Shown here in pieces: positions 9,527 to 19,376 of a stretch of DNA of 64,000 nucleotides. Origin of the DNA: Conyzicola sp. GTDB taxonomy: Bacteria > Actinomycetota > Actinomycetes > Actinomycetales > Microbacteriaceae. Location: assembly GCF_046714715.1 (NCBI RefSeq), contig NZ_JBKKAD010000168.1:38152-102151 (forward strand). Direction: 5' to 3'. The notes under the pieces were generated by a model. It was not told the origin of the DNA. It ran no database searches and saw only the letters and a list, made by a program, of their open reading frames with translations. The position numbers and the translations under genes are program-made. Position 1 is the stretch's first letter, and each line of letters starts with the position of its first letter.

Positions 9527-10360
9527 ATGAGTGCAGTACCCACCATCAAACTGAATGACGGCGTCGAGATTCCGCAGCTCGGATTCGGCGTGTTCCAGGT
9601 GCCGCCCGAGGACACCAAGAAGGCCACGCTCCAGGCGCTCGAGGTCGGCTACCGCCACATCGACACCGCCGAGATGTACGGTAACGAGAAGGGCGTCGGC
9701 GAGGCCGTCGCCGAGTCGGGAATCGCGCGCGACGAGATCTTCGTCACGAGCAAGCTGAACAACACGTTCCACGCCCGCGAAGACGCGCTCAAGGCGTTCG
9801 ACACCACCATGGAGGCGCTCGGATTCGAGACGCTCGACCTCTTCCTCATCCACTGGCCGATGCCCGCCGTCGGCGATTACGTCGAGACGTGGAAGGCCAT
9901 GGAGGAGATGAAGGCATCCGGCCGCGTCCGCTCGATCGGCGTGTCCAACTTCCAGCCCGCGCACCTTCAGCGTCTGTTCGACGAGACCGAGACCGTGCCC
10001 TCGGTCAACCAGATCGAGGTGCATCCGTACCTCACGAACGAGGTCGCCCGCGCGTTCAACGCTCAGCACGGTATCGCCACCGAGGCGTGGTCGCCGATCG
10101 CCAAGGGCAACGTGCTCACCGACCCCGTCGTCACCGCGATCGCCGAGCGGGTCGGCCGCAGCGCCGCCCAGGTCACCCTGCGCTGGCACATCCAGCGTGG
10201 CGACATCGTGTTCCCGAAGTCGGTCACGCGCAGCCGGGTCGAGGAGAACCTCGCCCTGTTCGACTTCGAGCTCACCGACGCCGACATCGACGCCATCGCG
10301 AAGCTCAACCGCGATGAGCGCACGGGTCCCGACCCCGACACGTTCAACTGGATTCCGTAA
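9527..10360 (+). CDS. aldo/keto reductase (2,5-diketo-D-gluconate reductase-like)
   Basis: ATG at 9527 with AAGGAG 8-14 nt upstream; LNDGVEIPQLGFGVFQ, GYRHIDTAEMYGNE and IHWP motifs. Confidence 0.9.
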   Translation: MSAVPTIKLNDGVEIPQLGFGVFQVPPEDTKKATLQALEVGYRHIDTAEMYGNEKGVGEAVAESGIARDEIFVTSKLNNTFHAREDALKAFDTTMEALGFETLDLFLIHWPMPAVGDYVETWKAMEEMKASGRVRSIGVSNFQPAHLQRLFDETETVPSVNQIEVHPYLTNEVARAFNAQHGIATEAWSPIAKGNVLTDPVVTAIAERVGRSAAQVTLRWHIQRGDIVFPKSVTRSRVEENLALFDFELTDADIDAIAKLNRDERTGPDPDTFNWIP

Positions 10361-10377
10361 CCCCCGGTTAAACGAAA

Positions 10378-10403
10378 CTGCCCGCCTCGATCGAGGCGGG
10401 CAG
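10378..10403. terminator. bidirectional hairpin terminator candidate
   Basis: Perfect palindrome ctgcccgcctcga/tcgaggcgggcag between convergent genes. Confidence 0.6.
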
Positions 10404-10415
10404 TTCTGCGTTCAG

Positions 10416-10553
10416 CTACTTGGTCGACTCTGACTCTTCGTCTTCTTCGGGGTTGAAATTGCTGTCGGCCCCGAGGGTCACCGCGATTCCGTCGTCGGAG
10501 TTCGGGATGGTCTGATCGTCTCCGAGTCCGTCTGGCTTCTTTTTGTCGTTCAT
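10416..10553 (-). CDS. hypothetical small acidic protein (45 aa)
   Basis: Not in the ORF track (under 60 aa); MNDKKKPDGLGDDQTIPNSDDGIAVTLGADSNFNPEEDEESESTK; AGGTG 7 nt upstream; sits just upstream of the hairpin at 10378-10403. Confidence 0.35.
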   Translation of the reverse strand: MNDKKKPDGLGDDQTIPNSDDGIAVTLGADSNFNPEEDEESESTK

Positions 10554-10723
10554 GTTCAACACCTAACTGTCGTGTGCCTCATGTCTACGCCGGGCCCTCG
10601 AGGTGATCAAGCGTCCGGGGCGGATTATGAGACTGGGCGCCTCGTGCGGTAGCGCGTCGCGTCGAAGAAGACATTCGGATGCTGCGCCGACACCCTCTCG
10701 GACGACCCCGTGCCGCCCGCCCG

Positions 10724-11233
10724 TCACCCGAACATCGCCCCGAGTACAGCCGCGAGCGCCACGCCGACCCCGGCCACGCCCACCGCCCAGCGCCACCGGA
10801 TGACCCGCATGGCCGCTGCCGGCACGGTGAACAGCGGCGGCACGAGGAAGAGCCAGGAGAAGTCACTCGACGTCGTGACCAGCGGCACGGCCAGTATGGC
10901 CATGCCCCGCGACATGCCCGAGAACACGTGCACGGCCAGCAGCACGATCGCGAAGACCACCGTGAATCGGCCGCCGTGCTCCCGGTTGCGCATGCCGACC
11001 CCGACGATGATGACCGCCACCATGTAGCCGATCACCAACCCGAGAGCGGCTCCGAGCAGGATCGTCTGCAGGCCCGATACCTCGTTGCGCGCTTGGGCAG
11101 AGGCGACCAAGACGATGGTCCAGCGCACCGCGGCGGCGCCGACGAACGACCCCGCGACGACGGCCAACGCGAAGCGCCAGGTGAGCGGCCGGTGAACGGC
11201 CGGGCGGCTCGCAAAGGCGCTCTCGTCCGCCAT
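10724..11233 (-). CDS. hypothetical integral membrane protein
   Basis: 169 aa with 5 hydrophobic segments; no recognisable motif. Confidence 0.5.
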   Translation of the reverse strand: MADESAFASRPAVHRPLTWRFALAVVAGSFVGAAAVRWTIVLVASAQARNEVSGLQTILLGAALGLVIGYMVAVIIVGVGMRNREHGGRFTVVFAIVLLAVHVFSGMSRGMAILAVPLVTTSSDFSWLFLVPPLFTVPAAAMRVIRWRWAVGVAGVGVALAAVLGAMFG

Positions 11234-11309
11234 CTACCGCCCCCTTCACCGTGTGGAAAGCTCAGGTTACGTCATCGATCGAAGGGCGTCGATCGCAACA
11301 CGCACGAAA

Positions 11310-11338
11310 GAACCGCCCGCGTCAGACGCGGGCGGTTC
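11310..11338 (-). terminator. hairpin terminator candidate
   Basis: 14-nt arms gaaccgcccgcgtc / gacgcgggcggttc, followed on the minus strand by cttt. Confidence 0.5.
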
Positions 11339-11360
11339 TTCGGGTGGTGCCGGAGTGGCC

Positions 11361-12161
11361 TTACTTGCCGAGACCCGCGCGGTCTACCTTGCGGTGGTAG
11401 CGCATGCCGGCGAGACCGCCGAGAACCGCTCCCGCGAGGCTGACGGCCACGGCGAGCAGCGCGGTGATGATGCCGGCCGCGGTGAGTTCGCCCTCGCCGA
11501 TCGGGATGCGCGGGAACGTGTCGAGGTTCGACAGCACGTTGTACTGGTTGCCCGCGATGGCGCCGACGATGGCCAGCACGATGGCGATCACGATCGCCCA
11601 GAGCCACACGGCGACTCCTTGCTTCGCGCCGCTGAACCGTGCCATGCGCCCGGCGACATATCCGCCGCAGTAGTACGCGATGAGCAGAATGACGAGAACC
11701 GCGATGGCCCCGATGATTCCGATCGTCTCGGCATCGGCCTGCGCGACGTCGGTCACATCGTCGCGCGTGGTCTCGGTTCCGAGCCCGAGGGCGGCGCCCG
11801 CTCCGGCGACGAGCGCGGTCAGGATCACGACGGTGCCGGTGGCGGTCAGCCAGCCGAAGAAGGCCGAGCCGAACTTGAACCCGCCGAACTCCTCCTTCTC
11901 GCGTGCGACGACGTTCTGCCGAACCGTGCGGCCGTCGGCGCTCGGTTCTGTTGCGGGCCGACGCTCGGAGGCGACGTTGCCAGCGGATGTCACGGGCTCT
12001 TCGTACACGACGGGACGTTCTCCGACCGGAGTGCTGTTCGCATCGACGGTGCGAGCGGGCTCGGCGTCGACCGGGCGGTCTGCCCGGTGGCCGGCCGCTG
12101 CGTCGGCTGCTGCGGCGTCGCGTCGACGGTCGTTTTCGATGGGATCGTTTGTGTTGGTCAT
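11361..12161 (-). CDS. hypothetical membrane protein with disordered N-terminal region
   Basis: Start chosen at MTNTNDP (AAAGGGG upstream); about 110-aa low-complexity region followed by 4 TM helices. Confidence 0.6.
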   Translation of the reverse strand: MTNTNDPIENDRRRDAAAADAAAGHRADRPVDAEPARTVDANSTPVGERPVVYEEPVTSAGNVASERRPATEPSADGRTVRQNVVAREKEEFGGFKFGSAFFGWLTATGTVVILTALVAGAGAALGLGTETTRDDVTDVAQADAETIGIIGAIAVLVILLIAYYCGGYVAGRMARFSGAKQGVAVWLWAIVIAIVLAIVGAIAGNQYNVLSNLDTFPRIPIGEGELTAAGIITALLAVAVSLAGAVLGGLAGMRYHRKVDRAGLGK

Positions 12162-12311
12162 GGTGTTACCCCTTTGTGCGTTGTGGTGCTGTATACCCAC
12201 TAAGCACCCTCGGGCTGCCGACGGGCAATGGTCAGCGCAGTAGTGGCGCTAGGCACGAATGTGTGCCTGAGGGAATGAGGCGGGTGCGCGTCAGCAGGCT
12301 AGGCTCTCGCC

Positions 12312-12551
12312 ATGACTCCCCAGCCTCCTACCGCCCGAGCTACGTGGACTCGGATCGCTCTCTTAGCCCTGATCGCTGGCGCCCTCGCGGCCTTGGGTCT
12401 GGTCGGTCAGCAAGTTTTCGAATCGGCCGGCGGATTCGCAGCGCTCTTTCTCGCGATCACCTCGACGCTTTCGGTAGTGCTGGCGCTCGTCGCCATAATC
12501 GGCGCGGTGAGGCTCCTCAGCACGAATCGCCGCTCGACCCCCACCAAATAG
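12312..12551 (+). CDS. hypothetical small 2-TM membrane protein
   Basis: 79 aa with two clear hydrophobic helices; no homology recognised. Confidence 0.4.
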   Translation: MTPQPPTARATWTRIALLALIAGALAALGLVGQQVFESAGGFAALFLAITSTLSVVLALVAIIGAVRLLSTNRRSTPTK

Positions 12552-12792
12552 CCCCGTTGCCCGCGCGCTCTCGACAGGGGGCCTTGGTTTGCGGAGAAGC
12601 GACGTGCTTGGGAGATGCGACCAGACGGGTAGGGGATACCGGATGTTCTCTGAAGTGGGGATCTCTTATCGCGCAGGCGCTCACCGGAAACCGAGGGGCC
12701 GGCTCTGGGTGTCCGTTTGACGATCGGTCACCGGGACGTTCGCAGGTCCTCGATGTCGTAGCGTGCTCGCAATCGAGCTTCTCGAAAATGAT

Positions 12793-13605
12793 TCAGTCGC
12801 GGATGGTTCTGTTGAGCGCCGTCCATCCGAGCCCCGGTGGTGTGGAGATGGTGGCTTCGGGGAGGTTGAACATGGTCGAGGCCCATTCTTGCGCCACGCT
12901 GTAAGCGGCTTCCGCGATCGCCGATCCGGCGCTGACACGACTGGCGCCGGCTCGCGCGAGGTCGCCGATTGGCAACGTGCCGGGACCGAAGGCGACGTTG
13001 ACCGGCAGTGTGATCGTGTTCACGAGGGCCGAGATCGTGTCTGTCGACAGGGCGCCCAGGACGAGAATGCCGCTCGCCCCTGCACTGGCGTACGCCGTCG
13101 CCCGCTTCATCGTCTCCTCGAGCCAGTCGTCGCTTCCTGGGTCTCCGAGAAGGTGCGTGTCGATGCGAGCGTTGATGAACAATGGGATGCCCTTCTCCTC
13201 CGCGGCGTCACGCGCAGCCCGGATACGCAGCTCTTGCTGCTCGATCGGGCTCAAGGAGTCCTCTATGTTGACGCCCGCGACCCCAATGTCGAGGAACGCG
13301 TCGACGGTCGCGGCGACGTCGCTCGGTGTCTCGCCGTAGCCACGCTCGATGTCAGCGGTAACGGGGACGTCCACGGCTGCCGTAATGCGCTCCACGGCGA
13401 GCAAAGCGCTGTCGCGCGGCAGGTCGTTGCCGTCACGGTGGCCGCCTGACCATGCGACGCCGGCGCTGGTCGTCGCGATCGCGCGTGCTCCGGCAGCGAG
13501 GACCACGCGCGCCGAGGCGACGTCCCACACATTCGGTAGGACGATCGGCGTGCCGGGCTCATGCATCGCTCGGAAGCTCAACGTGCGTTCAAGGTGCGTA
13601 CTCAT
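12793..13605 (-). CDS. isocitrate lyase/PEP mutase family protein
   Basis: 270 aa; LPNVWDVASARV..ATTSAG..VPVTADIERGYG..GVNIEDS, the hallmark pattern of the ICL/PEPM superfamily. Confidence 0.85.
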   Translation of the reverse strand: MSTHLERTLSFRAMHEPGTPIVLPNVWDVASARVVLAAGARAIATTSAGVAWSGGHRDGNDLPRDSALLAVERITAAVDVPVTADIERGYGETPSDVAATVDAFLDIGVAGVNIEDSLSPIEQQELRIRAARDAAEEKGIPLFINARIDTHLLGDPGSDDWLEETMKRATAYASAGASGILVLGALSTDTISALVNTITLPVNVAFGPGTLPIGDLARAGASRVSAGSAIAEAAYSVAQEWASTMFNLPEATISTPPGLGWTALNRTIRD

Positions 13606-13714
13606 CGGACCATCCCATCACATCTGGCAACGGCCTTGAGGGCCGATGTCGTCCCGGGACGTACATGTGAGGCAAAGGATGCCCCACCGGGCCGAGGTCC
13701 GCCTGGCGTGCTGC

Positions 13715-14059
13715 CTAATCGACGATGAAGAGTTTGGCCCCGTCTTCCGTGCTCGATCGGTGGGCTTCCATGCCCGTGCCGACCTGGTAGCTCTGCCCCG
13801 CCGTGAGTTCGACTACCCGGCCGTCATCGAGTTCGGTGGTGAGTGACCCGTCGAGCACCAAGAGAAGGTGCCCGCGTGTGCACCAGTGATCGGCCAGATA
13901 GCCCGCGCTGTAATCCACCATTCGGAGTCGCGTCGCGCCGATCTCGACCGACCGCCAGCGAGCTTCGCCCGTGGAGCCGTTATGCACGGTGTGTTCGACG
14001 GACTTCCATTCGATGGTCGAGAAGGGATGCGCAGCGAATTCCATCGCCGTACCATACAA
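13715..14059 (-). CDS. cupin domain protein (DHCW-motif type)
   Basis: 114 aa; LADHWCTRGHLLLVLDGSL..ELTAGQSYQV beta-barrel pattern. Confidence 0.7.
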   Translation of the reverse strand: MYGTAMEFAAHPFSTIEWKSVEHTVHNGSTGEARWRSVEIGATRLRMVDYSAGYLADHWCTRGHLLLVLDGSLTTELDDGRVVELTAGQSYQVGTGMEAHRSSTEDGAKLFIVD

Positions 14060-14379
14060 CAGTCATGAGGGGCACGTCGGCGACGAGAGGGTCGGACTGT
14101 ACGATTCGCTCGCCCGGCAGCCCGGCAACGCCGAGCGTGATCAACGTGAACCGATAGACCATCGACTATCGGGCGCGCGAACTAGATGCGGACGATCGCG
14201 AATGCTTCGACGAGAAGCCGGTCCGGGGGTGTTGAGCCATCGCGGTTCGTCCATTACGCCAGCGCGACGTCAAGACTCGACAGCGATGCATGGACGCGGG
14301 TCTGAGCCCGGAACATAACACTTTCATCCGTCCCGTCAGGTCGCTCGACAATGACGGGTTCGAGCATGGCTCCGTCCGG

Positions 14380-15300
14380 TCAGGCGCGAGTGACGATGGT
14401 GAATGCAGGTACGTGCTCGGCTCGGTCGAAGGTGGCGATGGTCTTGTCATAGACGCGTTGAACACCGTCCTCGACGGGGAGGGCCCGTAGCTCTCGCGAG
14501 ATAATTTCGACGCCCCAGTGGCCACGCCATCCGGCGTCGTGGAGTGCGGCGACAAAGGCCGGGGTGTCCAGTGCACCGTCTCCGGGCATCCGTCGGTTGT
14601 TCACCGTGTCGTCCCACAGGGTGCCGACCACGTCGGCGTCGGCGTCGTCGAGTTCGACGACGAAAACGTGCTCCATCGGCAGTGTGTCGATCATCGCCTG
14701 GTAGTCGGTGCCGCCGCGACGCACATGCCAAGCGTCCACGACGAGGCCGGCAGCGGGGTTGGCGATCTCCCGAACGAGGTCAGCTCCGGCGGTGATGGTG
14801 GTGATGTTGGACATAGGCATCGGTTCCATCGCGACCCGCAGGCCGTGCGTCGCCGCGTCGGTGGCGAGCGAGTCGAAGGATTCGCGGAAGCGGTCGGGCG
14901 TGACGGGGTGCTCGACACCGAACGACTGCAGTTCGGCGCCGACCTTGATCGTCGTGGCCCCGAGAACGCTCGCTGCCGCGAACAGGTCGGCGCGCACGGC
15001 GTCCGAGGCGTCGCGCAGACTGCCGTTCGCCCACCAGTTGCTGATGAACTCCAGCTCGACCGTGGCGATGCCGTGGCCGTCGAGGAGCGTTTTCAGTTCG
15101 CGCACACCGATGGCCTCGACGATCTTCATAAGATCGCTGTGCACGAAGCCGACTCCTGTCCAGCCAGCCTTCTGCACGGCGGCCAGGCGGGAGCGGATGT
15201 CGAGCGGGCTTGTCTCGTCGCCGATCGCAGGGCCGGCGTTCCCGGACCAAGTCCAGACCGTCGCAAGCAGATCGCGGTTCGTGATGGTTCGAGTCGTCAC
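14380..15300 (-). CDS. sugar phosphate isomerase/epimerase (xylose isomerase-like TIM barrel)
   Basis: GTG at 15300 with GGAAAG upstream (alternative ATG at 15378); ..LGATTIKVGA.., ..RVAMEPMP.., ..VFVVELDD.. are typical of the family. Confidence 0.75.
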   Translation of the reverse strand: MTTRTITNRDLLATVWTWSGNAGPAIGDETSPLDIRSRLAAVQKAGWTGVGFVHSDLMKIVEAIGVRELKTLLDGHGIATVELEFISNWWANGSLRDASDAVRADLFAAASVLGATTIKVGAELQSFGVEHPVTPDRFRESFDSLATDAATHGLRVAMEPMPMSNITTITAGADLVREIANPAAGLVVDAWHVRRGGTDYQAMIDTLPMEHVFVVELDDADADVVGTLWDDTVNNRRMPGDGALDTPAFVAALHDAGWRGHWGVEIISRELRALPVEDGVQRVYDKTIATFDRAEHVPAFTIVTRA

Positions 15301-15407
15301 AATGATCACTTTCCACGGAACTCGGTCGGAACGTTCCGTCGGTCCATCGTCCGCCCTGCACGTCGATCCGTCCAACACATAGATGCGCTCAGACCGATCG
15401 CTTCTGC

Positions 15408-16379
15408 TTATGGCAGCGTGCCGGCGACCGCCGCATCCTCGGCGGACTTTCCCAGGAATCGGTAAGAGGCTTCGTCGACGAAAACCTCAGCTGCGCGGGA
15501 GAGACGCGCGGGGTTGAACACGAGACTGACCGGGTGGACAGCGTCAGGGTCGGCCAAGGGAATGACCGCGAACGCCTCGACCGCGTTCTCGGCCTCCAGA
15601 GCGTCCGTCCGTGGCACGATCGTCACGCCGATGCCGTGGCCGGCGAGGCGGATCATGTCGATGATCTGTCCCACTTCGAAGGAGCCGACCAGCGGTGCGC
15701 CGGCACGGGCGAACCCGTCCTCGACGCGTCGGCGCAACCCCGAGCCTTTGGCAAAGTGGATGAACTGGCCCTGCGTGACGAGTTCGGGGATACTCACAAG
15801 GCGCCGCGAGGCGAGCGCGTTGTCCTTGGCGACGACCGCAACCAGCGGGTCGACGGCCAGCAGCAAGGAGGACACGGTCGCGGGCAGTTCGTGCGGTTCA
15901 AGGCCCACCAGCGCCACGTCCAAATCACCGGCTGCTACCGCAGTAGCCATCTGCTCTGACGGGGAGTCGGTGATGGTGAAAGTAATGCCAGGGTATCGCT
16001 CGTGGAATGAACCCATGACCTGCACGACATCGATCGACGTCGCTGGGGACTGGAGCAGCCCGATCCGCAGAGTTCCCCGTCGCAGGCCTGCACGTGCATC
16101 CATCTCGACGTTGATTGCCTCTACGTCCCCGAGGACACGGCGAGCCAACGGTAGGAGGGCCTCGCCGGCGTCGGTGAGCGAGACTGATCGAGCGCCGCGT
16201 TCGAAAAGACGCACATCGAGCTCGCGCTCGAGCCCCGCGATCTGCTGGCTCAGCGCAGATTGCGCGACGAGCTGCTGTTCTGCGGCGCGCGTGAAATTCA
16301 ACGCCTCGGTGACAGCGACGAAGTACCGCAGGTGCCTGAGTTCCACAGTGTCTCCTCGCGTGCGTGAGGCGGGCGTCAT
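15408..16379 (-). CDS. LysR family transcriptional regulator
   Basis: ELRHLRYFVAVTEALNFTRAAEQQLVAQSALSQQIAGLEREL HTH; start uncertain (16379, 16394 or 16436). Confidence 0.85.
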   Translation of the reverse strand: MTPASRTRGDTVELRHLRYFVAVTEALNFTRAAEQQLVAQSALSQQIAGLERELDVRLFERGARSVSLTDAGEALLPLARRVLGDVEAINVEMDARAGLRRGTLRIGLLQSPATSIDVVQVMGSFHERYPGITFTITDSPSEQMATAVAAGDLDVALVGLEPHELPATVSSLLLAVDPLVAVVAKDNALASRRLVSIPELVTQGQFIHFAKGSGLRRRVEDGFARAGAPLVGSFEVGQIIDMIRLAGHGIGVTIVPRTDALEAENAVEAFAVIPLADPDAVHPVSLVFNPARLSRAAEVFVDEASYRFLGKSAEDAAVAGTLP

Positions 16380-16717
16380 GCGACGGGCAGCCATGGAGAA
16401 CGTTACGCACTGCACAGCGTTTTCCCGTACCCTCACGACGCATCTTTGGCGATCTCCCTAACCTGACTGAGGCTGTTCCGCGATCAGGAAGGCAGGCCGG
16501 ACAGATGATCGTTGTTTCGCTTCTAGGATCTGCCCGGACCGGGTCGATCACCGCGCGCAGTTCATCGCGGTTCGGCCTCCTGCGCCATTGGTTGCTCAAA
16601 TGCCCGTTTACCCCGCCCGGTGAAATCGCCTGCGGGGGTACGCCAAGTGCAACCCGCTTTAGCGGGGACTCCCATGCGAAGTTGACTGCGGGAATGAAAT
16701 TCGACGCCCGGCGTTAA

Positions 16718-16738
16718 CTTGAGTCGAAGGCACTCAAG
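16718..16738 (+). promoter_or_regulatory. HAIR operator (HspR-associated inverted repeat)
   Basis: cttgagt-cgaaggc-actcaag is an exact match to the published consensus CTTGAGT-N7-ACTCAAG; lies 19 nt upstream of the TTG start of the Clp ATPase gene. Confidence 0.75.
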
Positions 16739-16756
16739 TCTTACCGGGAGGTCCCA

Positions 16757-19285
16757 TTGCCTAACACACCAGATGCCAGCAGCTCGTTCGACGAGTTCCT
16801 TGCGCGCTACCTACAGGGCGAGCGCTCGGCCGAATCGCCGCGCGCCATCAACATCGGCCGCCTGCTCAGCCGCAGCAGCCGTGAGATGCTCGCCGAGGCC
16901 GGCCAGTTCGCCCTCGACCACGGTCACAACGAGCTCGACGCCCTCCACATCCTGCGGGTGCTGGCCGCGAACGAGCCCGCCGCGGGCGCGATCCGCGGTG
17001 TTGGCGCGAGCCCGGACGCCGTCGTCGCCGCCGTCGAGAAGCGTCTGCCCGAGGCATCCGGATACGCGGGTGACGAAACCCCGTCGCTGACGCGATCCGG
17101 CCAGCGCGCGATCTTCCACGCCCTGCAGGTGGCCCGCGCCGCCGGCAGTACCTACATCGACCCCGAGCACCTCTTCTTCGCGCTCGTTCTCAACCAGGAC
17201 TCGCCCGCCGGCCAGGTGCTCACCGCCGCCGGCGTCACGCCCGAGGCCCTGCAGAACAACCTGCGCGAGACCGTGACCACAGCCCCGCAGACGGACGAGA
17301 CGGCGGCAGAGCCCGCATCCGAGACCCCGACCCTCGACACCTACGGCACCGACCTCACCGAGCGCGCCCGCAACGGAGAGCTCGACCCCGTGATCGGTCG
17401 TGCCGACGAGATCGAACAGACCATCGAGATCTTGTCGCGCCGCACGAAGAACAACCCCGTTCTCATCGGCGAGGCCGGCGTCGGCAAGACCGCGATCGTC
17501 GAGGGGCTGGCCCAGGCCATCGTCGACGGCGGCGTTCCCGAGCAGCTGCGGGGCAAGCGCCTCGTCAGCCTCGACCTGCCCGCCATGCTCGCCGGAACCA
17601 AGTACCGCGGCGACTTCGAAGAGCGCCTCACCAAGCTCATGGACGAGATCAGCGCCCACAAGAGCGACCTCATCATCTTCATCGACGAGATCCACACCGT
17701 CGTCGGCGCCGGTGGCGCGGGCGAGGGCGGCATGGACGCGGGCAACATCCTGAAGCCGCGTCTGGCCAAGGGCGACCTGCACCTCGTGGGCGCCACCACG
17801 CTCAAGGAGTACCGCTCGATCGAGAAGGACCCCGCGCTCGAGCGGCGTTTCCAGCCCGTGCAGGTGGGGGAGCCCGGCATCGAAGACGCCGTTCTCATCC
17901 TGTCGGGGCTGCGCAAGGCTTACGAAGACCACCACGCTGTCAGATATACGGATGCGGCCATCCGCGCCTCGGTCGAGCTGTCGGCCCGGTACGTCACCGA
18001 CCGGTTCCTGCCCGACAAGGCCATCGACCTCATCGACCAGGCTGGGGCACGGTTGCGCCTCAAGCTGGGTTCGAAGGTCGACGTCTCGGCGCTGCTCGAG
18101 GAGCTCGCCGTGCTCGAAGGCTCGAAGAACTCGGCCGTCGCGGCCGAGAAGTACGAGGAGGCGTCGAAGTTCCGTGACGACATCCAGGCGGTGCAGGCCA
18201 AGCTCGACGGCTCCACGTCGTCGACGCGGGCCGACGCGGTGGTCGACGAGGCCGAGATCGCCGCGGTGATCTCGCGCGCCACGGGTATCCCGGCGGCGCG
18301 CCTCACCGAGGCCGACCGTTCGCGACTCGCCAAGCTCGAGACCGAGCTGCACGCCCGTGTGATCGGGCAGCACGACGCGGTATCCGTTGTCGCCAAGTCC
18401 GTTCGGCGCAACCGCACGGGCATGGGTGACCGCAACCGGCCCGTCGGCAGCTTCCTCTTCCTGGGCCCGACAGGCGTGGGCAAGACCGAGCTGGCGAAGG
18501 CTCTGGCCGAGTCGCTCTTCGGCGACGAGAAGGCCACGCTGCGCTTCGATATGAGCGAGTTCGGCGAGCGCCACACGGTCTCGCGTCTCGTCGGTGCCCC
18601 TCCCGGATACGTCGGCTACGACGAGGCCGGGCAGCTCACCGAGCGCATTCGCCGCAACCCCTACTCTGTCGTTCTGTTCGACGAGATCGAGAAGGCCCAC
18701 CCCGACGTCTTCAACCTGCTGTTGCAGGTTCTGGATGACGGACGACTCACCGACGGCCAGGGCCGCACCGTGGACTTCCGCAACGCCGTCATCATCATGA
18801 CCTCCAATGTGGGGGCTGAGGTGCTGGCCAGCCGCAGTGGTGCCATGGGCTTCGTGGGGTCGACGACCGCCGATGGATTCGCGCCGGAGAAGGATCTGCG
18901 CGACCGGGTGATGGGCAAGCTGCGCGAGGCGATGCGCCCCGAGTTCCTCAACCGCATCGACGAGATCGTGCTGTTCCGCAAGCTCGACAAGGCCCAGCTG
19001 CGCGAGATCGTGCGGCTGCTGCTCACGGCGACGCAGGCGCGGCTCGAGGGTCGTTCGATCAGCCTGGCCGTCACGGACGCCGCCGTCGACTGGATCGCCG
19101 ATCACGGCTACGAGCCCGAGTACGGTGCCCGCCCGCTGCGCCGGTTGATCCAGCGCGAGCTCGACGACCGCATCGCCGACCTGCTGGTGACCGACGCGCT
19201 GTTCGACGGCGGAGCCCTGACGGTCGACGCAGTCGATGGCGCTCTTACGGTCACGGTCGCTGAGGGGTTGCCCCTCGCGGCTTAG
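16757..19285 (+). CDS. AAA+ chaperone/unfoldase, ClpC-like paralog (Clp ATPase class I)
   Basis: 842 aa; TTG start with GGGAGG 6 nt upstream; two Walker A sites (GEAGVGKT, GPTGVGKT); short UVR-like middle domain (AAEKYEEASKFRDDIQAVQAKL) rather than the long ClpB M-domain; MGF loop; atypical N-terminal extension. Confidence 0.9.
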   Translation: MPNTPDASSSFDEFLARYLQGERSAESPRAINIGRLLSRSSREMLAEAGQFALDHGHNELDALHILRVLAANEPAAGAIRGVGASPDAVVAAVEKRLPEASGYAGDETPSLTRSGQRAIFHALQVARAAGSTYIDPEHLFFALVLNQDSPAGQVLTAAGVTPEALQNNLRETVTTAPQTDETAAEPASETPTLDTYGTDLTERARNGELDPVIGRADEIEQTIEILSRRTKNNPVLIGEAGVGKTAIVEGLAQAIVDGGVPEQLRGKRLVSLDLPAMLAGTKYRGDFEERLTKLMDEISAHKSDLIIFIDEIHTVVGAGGAGEGGMDAGNILKPRLAKGDLHLVGATTLKEYRSIEKDPALERRFQPVQVGEPGIEDAVLILSGLRKAYEDHHAVRYTDAAIRASVELSARYVTDRFLPDKAIDLIDQAGARLRLKLGSKVDVSALLEELAVLEGSKNSAVAAEKYEEASKFRDDIQAVQAKLDGSTSSTRADAVVDEAEIAAVISRATGIPAARLTEADRSRLAKLETELHARVIGQHDAVSVVAKSVRRNRTGMGDRNRPVGSFLFLGPTGVGKTELAKALAESLFGDEKATLRFDMSEFGERHTVSRLVGAPPGYVGYDEAGQLTERIRRNPYSVVLFDEIEKAHPDVFNLLLQVLDDGRLTDGQGRTVDFRNAVIIMTSNVGAEVLASRSGAMGFVGSTTADGFAPEKDLRDRVMGKLREAMRPEFLNRIDEIVLFRKLDKAQLREIVRLLLTATQARLEGRSISLAVTDAAVDWIADHGYEPEYGARPLRRLIQRELDDRIADLLVTDALFDGGALTVDAVDGALTVTVAEGLPLAA

Positions 19286-19287
19286 TG

Positions 19288-19368
19288 CCGGTTGAGTAGG
19301 TCGCTCAGCGACCGTATCAAAACCCCTCCACAGGTCTCGATACGGCCGCGGGCGGCCTACTCGACCGG
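19288..19368. repeat. GAGTAG-element, full copy
   Basis: ccggttgagtagg-tcgctcagcga-ccgtatcaaaacc-loop-ggtctcgatacgg-ccgcgggcgg-cctactcgaccgg; lies between convergent genes. Confidence 0.85.
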
Positions 19369-19376
19369 CGTGACCG

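Noticed and set aside
14060-14379. 320-bp gene-free stretch containing a 38-aa minus-strand ORF (MLEPVIVERPDGTDES..)
   Set aside because: No RBS, no recognisable motif, and too short. It may be a decayed gene remnant, but I cannot support that.
12600-16440. Possible second horizontally acquired block (PEP-mutase-family, cupin, sugar-phosphate isomerase and LysR genes)
   Set aside because: Sampled lines gave 62% and 70% GC, which is not clearly different from the background. It needs a computed profile.
16682-16687. TTGACT as the -35 box of the clp promoter
   Set aside because: I found no acceptable -10 hexamer at 16-19-nt spacing, so only the HAIR operator is reported.
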